Shown: piece after piece, positions 8,860 to 16,953 of the stretch
Numbering within the stretch: the stretch's first letter is position 1
How the letters are laid out: each line of letters opens with the position of its first letter
Origin: an uncultured Bacilli bacterium
Lineage (GTDB): Bacteria; Bacillota_I; Bacilli_A; RFN20; CAG-826
Direction: 5' to 3'
Assembly (NCBI GenBank): GCA_944375905.1
Contig: CALWAS010000019.1
Span: forward strand, 5,394 to 69,393
DNA length: 64,000 nt
The notes under the pieces: generated by a model
The model's input: only the letters and a program-made list of their open reading frames with translations
What the model was told of the DNA's origin: nothing
Databases searched by the model: none
Translations under genes and position numbers: made by a program

Positions 8860-9662
8860 TGCAACGAGGAAAGTAGCTTTGCGAAAGCGTCGATATCGAG
8901 CTCCTCTGGCCGCTTCCTTGCATCAATGCAGGATTTTAGCAGCGCCGATGCCGCTTTCTCGCCGTTTCCCAAATAAGCCGAGAGGCTATTGAGAACCGTT
9001 TTTCGGCGCCGGGAGAAAAGAGCCTTCGCAAGCGCGTAGAGCGCGCTGGCACGCTCAATCGACACCCCGCCCTTCCTACTCAAGGAAAAGACGGTGGAAG
9101 AGACATGCGGACGCGGGACGAAAGAAGACGGAGGGACGTTTAGAAGCCGCTTGCCCTCATAAAGAAACGAAATGAGGACGTTCATGGGGCCGTAATCCTC
9201 CCCGGAGGTCGCTGCCAGGCGCGAATAGGCTTCTTTTTGAACCATGAAGACGGCCTTTTGACATTTGGACGCGGTGAGAAGGAAGCGCTCGATGATCGAA
9301 CTCGTTATGTAGTAAGGGAGGTTCCCGATGATCTTGTCATAGCTAGACAAGTCGGCCGAGAGGACGTTTTGGAGCTTTGGGTGAATGCCGTTCAAAGAGG
9401 CAAAGTCCTCTTTCAGCTTTTCAATGAACCGCGAGTCGATGTCAAATAGATCGCAATCTCCGGAGGTCAGGGAAAGGAAATAGCTAAGGGATCCGGCGCC
9501 CGGGCCGATTTCGAGAACCTTCTCCCCGGGATGGATATCGAGGGCGTCGACTATCTGCTCGGCGACTTTCTGATCGACAAGGAAGTTCTGGCCGATGTCC
9601 TTCGAGGCCATCAGCTCGTATTGCTTTATTTTCTCGAAATACTTATCGGCATTCATCTTCAA
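8856..9662 (-). CDS. rsmA: 16S rRNA (adenine1518/1519-N6)-dimethyltransferase
   Basis: GQNFLVD and SAM motif LEIGPGAGSLS. 268 aa. Confidence 0.95.
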   Translation of the reverse strand: MKMNADKYFEKIKQYELMASKDIGQNFLVDQKVAEQIVDALDIHPGEKVLEIGPGAGSLSYFLSLTSGDCDLFDIDSRFIEKLKEDFASLNGIHPKLQNVLSADLSSYDKIIGNLPYYITSSIIERFLLTASKCQKAVFMVQKEAYSRLAATSGEDYGPMNVLISFLYEGKRLLNVPPSSFVPRPHVSSTVFSLSRKGGVSIERASALYALAKALFSRRRKTVLNSLSAYLGNGEKAASALLKSCIDARKRPEELDIDAFAKLLSSLQ

Positions 9663-10182
9663 GCTCCTTTAGAGTAATCCCCAGCGCGTTTATCCGACGA
9701 AGGAAGCTTTTCCCGTTTGTATGACCTAAGTGGAATTTGCGGGCGATTTTTTCTCTTAAGGCCGAGGAATCGGGGCTCCCTATGAGGCCGAGGGAAGTAA
9801 GGTCGGAAACGGTTATGGCGCCTCTAGGCGCCTCGCTGCCGCCGGGAAGCAAATGGGCAAGCGCGTCCATCACCGTTTCCGGATCGCTTTCGGCGACGCC
9901 GACCTTTCCGCCCTTTATGCACTTTTCTTTAGGGACGAAAGCCTCAAGGACCCCTGGGATCTCCCTGGCGATGATGTTCCTAATCCTTGTCCCTGGATAA
10001 TCCGGGTCCGTAAGAACGATGATTTTCCTTCTGGAGGCCGCCTCTTTAAGGAAGTCGATTGTTTCACGTGGAACGGCACTTCCGTTTGTCGTGACGACAT
10101 CGCAGTCCAAAAAAGTTCCGATGAAGTCGGAGTCCGTCTTTCCTTCAACGACCAAAATGGCGTCAATGACCGCTTTTTTCAT
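9643..10182 (-). CDS. rnmV: ribonuclease M5 (TOPRIM)
   Basis: ILVVEGKTD ... IIVLTDPDYPGTRIR TOPRIM pattern. 179 aa. ATGA overlap with the tatD stop. Confidence 0.9.
   Translation of the reverse strand: MKKAVIDAILVVEGKTDSDFIGTFLDCDVVTTNGSAVPRETIDFLKEAASRRKIIVLTDPDYPGTRIRNIIAREIPGVLEAFVPKEKCIKGGKVGVAESDPETVMDALAHLLPGGSEAPRGAITVSDLTSLGLIGSPDSSALREKIARKFHLGHTNGKSFLRRINALGITLKELEDECR
10060..10075. other. parS-like site 1 (TGTTTCACGTGGAACG)
   Basis: 14/16 match to the Bacillus parS consensus TGTTNCACGTGAAACA. Lies inside rnmV coding sequence (encodes VPRET). Confidence 0.45.
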
Positions 10183-10952
10183 AGTTTCACGTGGAACAAC
10201 CTTATAAAATTGTCGCTCGTTTTTTCAGCAACTACCCTTAAGGGTAGGTCCTTCAGTGCCGAAACCGCTTCGGCAATCAATGGTATGTATTTGGGCTCGT
10301 TCCTTTTCCCTCGGAAGGGAACCGGGGTCATATAAGGCGAATCGGTTTCGAGTAGCAGGCGATCGATGGGGCATTCTTTCACGCATTCTTTCGGAGAAAC
10401 GGCATTTTTGAAAGTTATGGGGCCGTCGAAGCCGAAATAGAGGCCCAACTCGGCGAATTGCCTAAGCATCTCCGGAGAACCGCTATAGCAATGGAGAACT
10501 GCCGAATGCAGAGCATTGTGTTCCCTTAGCATTTCATAAGTATCCTGGCTCGCGTCCCTGGCGTGAATCGAGAGAGGCAAGCCGAGTCTATTGGCCAGTT
10601 CGATTTGGGCGGCGAAGCATCGTTTCTGAGAAAGCTTTGTCTCCTCTTTGCTGTCCCAATGGTAATCGAGACCGCATTCTCCTATGGCTAGGCATTTGTC
10701 GTCCGTTGCCAATTTCTCGATTTCGAGCAGGTCTTCCTTCCAAGACGGAGTGATGTTTTCCGGCTGGATGCCGGCCGCAAAATAAACGCCATCGAATTTC
10801 CTTGCGATGTCCCTTGCAAGGCGCGAGCTGGCAAGATCCCATCCGGGAATCAGCATCATCGTCACGCCGTTTTCCTTTGCCTCGGCAATCGCCTTAGAAA
10901 AATCGCTCGCAAAAGCCTCGTCGTTTAAATGAACGTGGGAATCTACCAGCAT
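10179..10952 (-). CDS. tatD: TatD-family metal-dependent DNase/hydrolase (YabD-like)
   Basis: MLVDSHVHLND start and TIM-barrel His motifs. The ATG at 10952 is preferred over the GTG at 10970 because mnmE stops at 10957. Confidence 0.9.
   Translation of the reverse strand: MLVDSHVHLNDEAFASDFSKAIAEAKENGVTMMLIPGWDLASSRLARDIARKFDGVYFAAGIQPENITPSWKEDLLEIEKLATDDKCLAIGECGLDYHWDSKEETKLSQKRCFAAQIELANRLGLPLSIHARDASQDTYEMLREHNALHSAVLHCYSGSPEMLRQFAELGLYFGFDGPITFKNAVSPKECVKECPIDRLLLETDSPYMTPVPFRGKRNEPKYIPLIAEAVSALKDLPLRVVAEKTSDNFIRLFHVKL
10183..10198. other. parS-like site 2 (AGTTTCACGTGGAACA)
   Basis: 14/16 match to the parS consensus. Shares the 14-nt core GTTTCACGTGGAAC with site 1, but lies in the last codons of tatD (LFHVKL) in a different reading frame. 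Confidence 0.45.
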
Positions 10953-10956
10953 AATT

Positions 10957-12291
10957 TCACTTACCCACACAGAAGCGAGAGAATATCTCTTCGCTCAAAT
11001 CAAGCGTCGCCTCTTCCCCAAGGAGGCGTCGCACGGCCGAATACGCCGACAAAACGGAGCTCGAAGCCAAGTCGATCGCTCCCGATTCGAAGCACGAGAC
11101 GGCCTCGTCCAAATCGCTGCTTGCGTTCTTGAGAAGAGAGAGCTGCCGGCTGGAGGAAAGGGACGGCCGAGCAAAAGCCCCGTTCGATATTCCGGCCTTC
11201 TCGGCCAAAGCATCGAGAATAGGCTCTCGCTCTCCTTTGATGGCGGAAAGATAAATCCGGCCGCCATCCGCCTTTTTCTCCCTTAGAAGGTCGCTTTTGT
11301 TGACGGCCACCAAGAAAATCTTGCCTTTGGCGAGACCCTCCACCAGGCGTTCTTCCTCGTCGAATGGCTTATCTTCGTCGAGCACGAGGAGGACGGCATC
11401 CGCCTCCTTAACGGCATTGAGCGATTTCTCGATTCCTATCTTCTCTATCGACTCCGGGTTGTCCCTAAGACCTGCCGTATCGAGGAAAAGGAAGGTCAGA
11501 CCCTTATGCCGAACGGATCCCTCGACGATGTCGCGGGTCGTCCCCGCGGCCTCGCTTACGATGGCCTTGTCTTCCTTCAACAAGGCGTTGAGGATGGTCG
11601 ACTTCCCAACGTTTGGCCTTCCTACGATGGCAACCTTGATTCCGTCCTTGATAATGCGCCCTTCTTCGCCCTCGGCGATCAACGAGTCGATTTCTTGCTT
11701 GATCGATTTGGCTTTGGATTTCGCTTCATCGACGGAAAGGGCCGTCTCTTCCTCGTATTCCGGAAAATCGAATCCCACTTCGACCGAAGAAAGCAAATCG
11801 GCCAATCGGTCTCTAACAGGCTTAAGAAGGGAGCTGGCCTTCCCTTCAAGGGAAAGGAGCGCCAGCTTTCTGGACTCGTCGCTGGCGGCTTCGATGATGT
11901 CGTTGACCGCTTCGGCTTCGACAAGATCCATTTTCCCGTTTAGAAAAGCCCGGGAAGTGAATTCCCCGTTTTTGGCATATCTGGCCCCTAGGGCGAGAAA
12001 AGAGTCGATTATCCGTTCGGAAAGGAGCGGATTGCCATGGCAAATCACTTCAACGGTATCTTCTCCCGTCATCGAATGGGCGGCTGGATAGGCCAAAACG
12101 ACGACTTGGTCGATCCTTTGCCCGTTTTCGTCTTTCCAGTACCCGACGAATGATGATCTTTCCTCGGTTTCCGCCACTTTCTTTTGAAACAGGGCAGCGG
12201 CAATGGAAAAAACGCCCTCGCCGGTCGAGCGAACGACGGCGAGCGCGCTTTTGAGAGGCGGCGTAGCAAGAGCTACGATGGGCTTTCCCAT
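10957..12291 (-). CDS. mnmE: tRNA modification GTPase MnmE
   Basis: Start chosen at MGKPIVALATPP (12291), 1 nt after the upstream gene's stop. G-domain GRPNVGKSTILNALL and DTAGLR. C-terminal FCVGK tetrapeptide motif. Confidence 0.95.
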   Translation of the reverse strand: MGKPIVALATPPLKSALAVVRSTGEGVFSIAAALFQKKVAETEERSSFVGYWKDENGQRIDQVVVLAYPAAHSMTGEDTVEVICHGNPLLSERIIDSFLALGARYAKNGEFTSRAFLNGKMDLVEAEAVNDIIEAASDESRKLALLSLEGKASSLLKPVRDRLADLLSSVEVGFDFPEYEEETALSVDEAKSKAKSIKQEIDSLIAEGEEGRIIKDGIKVAIVGRPNVGKSTILNALLKEDKAIVSEAAGTTRDIVEGSVRHKGLTFLFLDTAGLRDNPESIEKIGIEKSLNAVKEADAVLLVLDEDKPFDEEERLVEGLAKGKIFLVAVNKSDLLREKKADGGRIYLSAIKGEREPILDALAEKAGISNGAFARPSLSSSRQLSLLKNASSDLDEAVSCFESGAIDLASSSVLSAYSAVRRLLGEEATLDLSEEIFSRFCVGK

Positions 12292-12292
12292 G

Positions 12293-13648
12293 TCAGTCTT
12301 TCCGCATCTTCCCCTTAACGGAGTGCACGCGAATGCTTCCGCCCATCGATTTGGCGAGCCCGCGGGCGTAGGCAATCGCCTCTTCCTGGGTCGCGAAGAG
12401 CCTTATGGCCTTGACGCCGGTAGCGAGTTTTACCTGCCATTTGCCGCTGTCGGGCTGACGCGAAACGTGATAGACCCTCGGGCGGTTGTTGTAAGTCGCG
12501 ATGCCTTTGGTCTTTTCGGCAGCCATCGTGGCCCTCTCCTCGGCTTCTTCGGTTTCCGGATCGGAAGACGTAATGGTGACTCCGTCTATCTTCGTCTCGT
12601 CTTTGGCCGCGGCCTTCTTGGGGGCTGCAACCGTGACGCGGCCATTTTTGGGTAGAGGCTCTTCTCGATAGGCGTCGGCCAGCTCCTTGTTGGGCTTCTT
12701 AACGAGAATGACTTTCCTTCTCTCTACCGGGGCTGGGGTCTCGACGACCGGGGACGGCGCCTCTTCGACGACCGGCGCGGGAGTTTGCTCCGGCGCTTCC
12801 TCGGCCTTGGGTTCGGCTTCTTCCTCGGCTTTTTCAGGCTCGGGCACGACCGGCACTTCCGTGGGGGCCGCTTCTTCTTCGACAGCCGGTTCGGCAGGGA
12901 CTTCCTCGACAATCATCTTCGGTTCCTTCTTGGCCTCGGATTTTTCCTCGGCGCTAGCAAGCCCGTGCTGAATGAGCCAATAGATCACCCCGACGAGATA
13001 GGATCCAACGGCCGTCCCGACAATGGAAAGGATGAAGACGTAAAGCTCGACGTGCGCGTAATCGAAGAACGGATAACCGGCAAACCCGTCGGGCAGACCC
13101 CAATTGAAGACGCCGAACAAGGCGTTCATGACCAAGTAGGCATAAGCGACGACTGGATAAAGAAGCGTCAAAACGAACGGGGTTTTGGGGGTAAATTCGG
13201 TGAAAAGGCCGCTAATGAGCGCGAGAACGGGCGCGATTACGATGAGCCCGTAGACATTGTGGCCGATCCCGTTCCATTCAATGGCGGCAATGGGATCCTT
13301 GTAAAGGAAGCTCACGATAACGGTGAAAATCGCCGCCGAAACGGCCGAGACGGTTGCCGAGTTTTTGCAGTAAACCCAGAACTTCCCTTTCACTTCCGGC
13401 TTCTTTAGACGGACGATGTCGAGGATTATCTGGGCCAGCAAGGCGATGCCAAGGAAGCCGTCGGCAACGTAAATGAACAGGTAAAGAAGATGCCTTGGGG
13501 AACGGTTTATGGTAGCGACGGCCGGCCACATGCTCGGCCACCCCTCAACGCCGAAGTATTGGCAAAAGAACGATGCCAATATCACCAATAGGATGAGGAA
13601 CGCTAGCAGGTTCAGAACCAAAGAAGCGACGGTGCGGGATTTTTTCAT
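12293..13648 (-). CDS. polytopic membrane protein - E/P/A-rich linker - C-terminal DUF2188-like domain
   Basis: 451 aa. About 6 hydrophobic helices in the first ~240 aa, then an acidic Pro-rich linker (PEPEKAEEEAEPKAEEAPEQTPAP). The C-terminus YHVSRQPDSGKWQVKLATGVKAIRLFATQEEAIAYARGLAKSMGGSIRVHSVKG fits the DUF2188 pattern. Confidence 0.75.
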   Translation of the reverse strand: MKKSRTVASLVLNLLAFLILLVILASFFCQYFGVEGWPSMWPAVATINRSPRHLLYLFIYVADGFLGIALLAQIILDIVRLKKPEVKGKFWVYCKNSATVSAVSAAIFTVIVSFLYKDPIAAIEWNGIGHNVYGLIVIAPVLALISGLFTEFTPKTPFVLTLLYPVVAYAYLVMNALFGVFNWGLPDGFAGYPFFDYAHVELYVFILSIVGTAVGSYLVGVIYWLIQHGLASAEEKSEAKKEPKMIVEEVPAEPAVEEEAAPTEVPVVPEPEKAEEEAEPKAEEAPEQTPAPVVEEAPSPVVETPAPVERRKVILVKKPNKELADAYREEPLPKNGRVTVAAPKKAAAKDETKIDGVTITSSDPETEEAEERATMAAEKTKGIATYNNRPRVYHVSRQPDSGKWQVKLATGVKAIRLFATQEEAIAYARGLAKSMGGSIRVHSVKGKMRKD

Positions 13649-13718
13649 GCGCTTTCTCCTTCTTTACTAATTATCAATAATGATATATGCGCCGGGCTTT
13701 TAATTGCAAAAAATCATA

Positions 13719-13740
13719 GAAAAAGCGGCCCGGAGGCCGC
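13719..13740 (-). terminator. intrinsic terminator after jag
   Basis: GCGGCC-CGGA-GGCCGC hairpin at 13725-13740. The A-run on the plus strand gives a T-run on the minus strand. Lies 5 nt downstream of the jag stop. Confidence 0.6.
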
Positions 13741-13744
13741 GTTT

Positions 13745-14344
13745 TCAATCGACGTACTTGATTACGACGCGGCGCTCGGAGCCTTCTCCCTCGCTTTCGG
13801 TGGAGATGTGTTCCATTCCGTTGAGGCAATTATGGACAACCCGGCGCTCGTCGGGCGTCATCGGCTCGAGCTTGCTGTCCATCTTGTCGCGGAGGACATC
13901 GCGGGCAACGCGCTTGGCGATTCTTTCGATCCGCTCGTACTTGTCTTCCTTGTATCCGCCAACGTCAAGGAGAATCCGGAAACGATGATGGAACTTGTTA
14001 GAGACGGCAAGCCTCACCAATTCGTTGATGGCCTGAAGCGTGCGGCCGCCCTTGCCGATGAGAACGGGATTGCGTTCGCTGTCGATCAAGATGCGGATCA
14101 CGTCGTCCTCGACGGTCGCGGAGGTGGTGACGTCGATGCCTAGGGCGGCAATCGATTCTTTTAGGTATTCCTGAGCGTAGTCGACGGCATCGTCGAGGCC
14201 GTAGACCTCGATGGTGGCTTTCTTGGAAAAGAGGCCGTTCTTTTCTTCTATGACCTTATAGGCGAGCGACTTGGCGTCGACGCCCTGATCGATGGCCGCG
14301 TCTTCGAGAGCCGCCTCGACCGTCTTGTTGGTGTATTGCTTCAT
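13745..14344 (-). CDS. jag: RNA-binding protein Jag/KhpB (Jag_N-KH-R3H)
   Basis: 199 aa. N-terminus TVEAALEDAAIDQGVD (Jag_N), KH-like IGKGGRTLQAI, R3H-like C-terminus. ATGA overlap with yidC. Confidence 0.9.
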   Translation of the reverse strand: MKQYTNKTVEAALEDAAIDQGVDAKSLAYKVIEEKNGLFSKKATIEVYGLDDAVDYAQEYLKESIAALGIDVTTSATVEDDVIRILIDSERNPVLIGKGGRTLQAINELVRLAVSNKFHHRFRILLDVGGYKEDKYERIERIAKRVARDVLRDKMDSKLEPMTPDERRVVHNCLNGMEHISTESEGEGSERRVVIKYVD

Positions 14345-15936
14345 TTTGCTCCTCCGTTCCTCTTTTTGAGTTTACGACCCATGAAGTATTGGGTTATTGC
14401 CGTTTGAATCATCGAGATGAGGGCGCCGATGGCCCAGTAGATACCCATGGCTGCCGGAAGCGAGAAGCCCATCACGATGGTAATCACGACCATTATGATG
14501 TTTACCCACTTCATCGTCTTGGCGTTCTTGTCGGCGGCCGGGTTGGCCGTCATCTTCTGGAGCTTCTTGTTGCGGCGTTTCGTGATCCACTGCGGAAGCA
14601 TCATCGCCAAGAACTGCAGCGTTCCCATGATGATGAAGAGGACTAGAGCCGTCCACCATCCGGTGGAATTAAGGTACCATTCGCCGGTAAAGTTGAAGAT
14701 TATCGACGAAATCGAACTCGATAACTGCAAGTTGAGGAATTCGCCGGAGGTAAGGGCGGCGCTCCCTTGGAGGGCGCCCCAAACCGCAATGAAGATCGGG
14801 AACTGGAAGACCAGCACCAAGATCATCGAAAGCGGATTGATGTGGTTCCGCTTATAGAGAAGCATTTGCTCTTGCCCAAGGCGCTGGCGCTCGGCTTGGT
14901 TGGTGTTCGAATTCGGGTATTTGGCCTGCAATTTGGCTAGCTGCGGTTGGATGGCTTGGGTCTTTTGCTGATCCAGGGTGCTCTTCAAGGTGAGCAACTG
15001 GACGACAGCGCGGACGATGAAGGTCACGAAAACGATCGACCAAATCTGTCCAACGCCGCTCAGCGACGGATCGAGGCCGTTCGCGAACGTGTCGACAAGC
15101 CAAGCCACGGGGTAGACGATCAATCCTTCAAGGAAGCCCTTGCCCCAGGCATAGCCCCAGTCTTTCAAAGACATCGAGACCTGCCAATTGCCGTTCGGAC
15201 CGTAATGGCCGTAGGCATCGTTTATCGTGTCGTTGGGGACGGTGGCGATGCATCCGCGGTTGACGAACATCGTGTTCTGGACCGTCGTCTTGTAGAAGTT
15301 CAGGAAGTCGTTGCTAATCGAGGCGGAAATCCCAAGTTCGAGATCTATTTCATCGATCCACTGGTCGAAATTGCCCCAGAGGGTGTCGTTCTCGCCATAG
15401 AACTTGACGTAGCCGAAAAGACGGAGAACCGAGTCGTCGTTCTTGCTTACGCCCGCTTCCAAACCGGTGACGTCCGGTTCGCTGTACGGGTTTATTTCCG
15501 CTGCGGTTATCGTCGAGGTCGAGTAGTTGTATCCGTTCTCGTTGGCGGTGGCGATGGCTTCGTCTAGAACCTTCTGGTCAAGCGCTTTCCAAAACTCATA
15601 AGTCGGGGCGACATAATGAGAACTGGCGGCCGAGGCCAAGACGTTGGAATCGAGATACTGTGCCTTCTTGGCGGCATAGGTGCCGTCGGCGTTCACCGGA
15701 ATGTAGGCATAGAGGCTATCGTTGTCATCGTAGACCTTCCACGATAGGCCTTCTCCACGGTATTCCTCCGGGATTTCGTCGGCGTCGCAGTAGACGGTTA
15801 CCCCCTGCTCATAGGCATAGCCGAGGCCGGCTAAGTCGCTATTCGAGCAGAACGAAGCCGTGCAACTCGAAAGGGCAAAGGCCCCGCCGACGAGAACGAG
15901 GCCCCCCAATAGTTTGATCTTCGCGGACTTTTTCAA
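14341..15936 (-). CDS. yidC: membrane insertase YidC, lipoprotein form with a large N-terminal ectodomain
   Basis: Signal peptide plus lipobox ALSSC. A roughly 250-aa soluble region precedes the conserved 5-TM core (IVRAVVQLLTLKS ... QAKYP ... LYKRNHINPL). Basic C-terminal tail. Confidence 0.9.
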   Translation of the reverse strand: MKKSAKIKLLGGLVLVGGAFALSSCTASFCSNSDLAGLGYAYEQGVTVYCDADEIPEEYRGEGLSWKVYDDNDSLYAYIPVNADGTYAAKKAQYLDSNVLASAASSHYVAPTYEFWKALDQKVLDEAIATANENGYNYSTSTITAAEINPYSEPDVTGLEAGVSKNDDSVLRLFGYVKFYGENDTLWGNFDQWIDEIDLELGISASISNDFLNFYKTTVQNTMFVNRGCIATVPNDTINDAYGHYGPNGNWQVSMSLKDWGYAWGKGFLEGLIVYPVAWLVDTFANGLDPSLSGVGQIWSIVFVTFIVRAVVQLLTLKSTLDQQKTQAIQPQLAKLQAKYPNSNTNQAERQRLGQEQMLLYKRNHINPLSMILVLVFQFPIFIAVWGALQGSAALTSGEFLNLQLSSSISSIIFNFTGEWYLNSTGWWTALVLFIIMGTLQFLAMMLPQWITKRRNKKLQKMTANPAADKNAKTMKWVNIIMVVITIVMGFSLPAAMGIYWAIGALISMIQTAITQYFMGRKLKKRNGGAK

Positions 15937-16262
15937 TGTTGGACTCCAAGTTTGCCAAGAGCCGCGAGCAGCTCCTCCTTCGCTTCCGCGAAAGAGGATG
16001 GCTCGTAGCTCCTTCTGGCTACGACGACGAGATCGATCGGGCTATCTGCCGACACGGCTCCGTCGACGATGGCGCGGAGCTGACGCTTGATTTTATTGCG
16101 TCGAACCGCGTTCCCGTTCTTTTTGGAAACCGAGATCCCCACGCGGGCTTTGCTCTCGCCTTCGCGGAGGAAGACGAGAAGGCTCGGCGTTTTGATGGAG
16201 CGGCCCTTCCGTTCGATTTCGACGAACTCTTCGTGACGGAGGATCCGGTTGCCTTTTTTCAT
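15933..16262 (-). CDS. rnpA: ribonuclease P protein component
   Basis: 109 aa with the RNR-like motif AVRRNKIKRQLRAI. ATGA overlap with the yidC start. Lies directly downstream of rpmH. Confidence 0.9.
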   Translation of the reverse strand: MKKGNRILRHEEFVEIERKGRSIKTPSLLVFLREGESKARVGISVSKKNGNAVRRNKIKRQLRAIVDGAVSADSPIDLVVVARRSYEPSSFAEAKEELLAALGKLGVQH

Positions 16263-16265
16263 CGC

Positions 16266-16400
16266 TTAGGCAGCAATGCGGGCGCGGCCCTTGGCGCGGC
16301 GGCGGGCAAGTACTTTCCGGCCGTTGTGGGTGGCCATCCTGGCGCGGAAGCCAGCGACGTTCCGATGTTTGACCTTGGAAGGCTGATACGGTTTCTTCAT
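16266..16400 (-). CDS. rpmH: 50S ribosomal protein L34
   Basis: The internal ATG at 16400 gives the 44-aa [50 protein letters not shown] lies 8 nt upstream. A TATAAT-like -10 (minus strand) is at 16432-16437. Confidence 0.95.
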   Translation of the reverse strand: MKKPYQPSKVKHRNVAGFRARMATHNGRKVLARRRAKGRARIAA

Positions 16401-16562
16401 GTTTATATCCTCCGAAAATGCGTGCGGGGTGATTATAGCCAGCCAAGGGGGACCCCACAACAAAAACCGCGTATGCGCGTGCGACACAAAGCAAATGTCA
16501 CAATTGACAGTTTTGGATGGCGGTGATTCCCAAAAGCGCCTTGCCATCGAGCCTTCCTGCCT

Positions 16563-16907
16563 TTTTCCACACACGATTGAGAGTATGGAAAACTTTCAAC
16601 AGCGGCAGGCAAAAGACGGAAGCCCAAACAGGAGAAAAAGTCCAGAATTTCTTTTCCACACACATGTTGACGGATTTTCCACAATTTGGTTGATATATCG
16701 CCTTTTGGTCGATGGAATCTTTTCTTTTTGAAGATAATTGTCAGTGGATAACGGTTCGAAATTCGCTGTTTTCCACAGCTGAAGTTTTCCACCGACTTTA
16801 TCCACAAGTTTTCCACATGTGAAAAGTTGTGGAAAACCTAAATAAGTCGGCACGGCGCGGGGTTTTTCTTCTTTTGATTGTGGATAACTTAACGAAAAAG
16901 TGGAAAA
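16563..16907. other. oriC DnaA-box cluster (rpmH-dnaA spacer)
   Basis: Perfect TTATCCACA at 16798-16806 (+) and 16879-16887 (-). TTTTCCACA at 16563, 16652, 16675, 16769 and 16809 (+) and 16828 (-). TTATCCACT at 16743 (-). Weaker boxes at 16785 and 16899. Gene orientation flips here. Confidence 0.88.
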
Positions 16908-16953
16908 TCCTTCCACAATTCCTCCTTTTGGCTAAACTTACGGCGTCAAACCT

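Noticed and set aside
12700-12960. Repetitive-looking DNA that might be mistaken for a repeat array
   Set aside because: It encodes the E/P/A-rich linker of the membrane-DUF2188 protein. The repeats are imperfect codon-level low complexity with no spacer/repeat periodicity. No CRISPR-like array exists anywhere in the window.
16399-16916. Three overlapping 106-127-aa ORFs in the rpmH-dnaA spacer
   Set aside because: They traverse the DnaA-box array, and their repeated KLWK/FPHV-type peptides simply translate the TTTTCCACA repeats. They have no SD or start context. The region is oriC.
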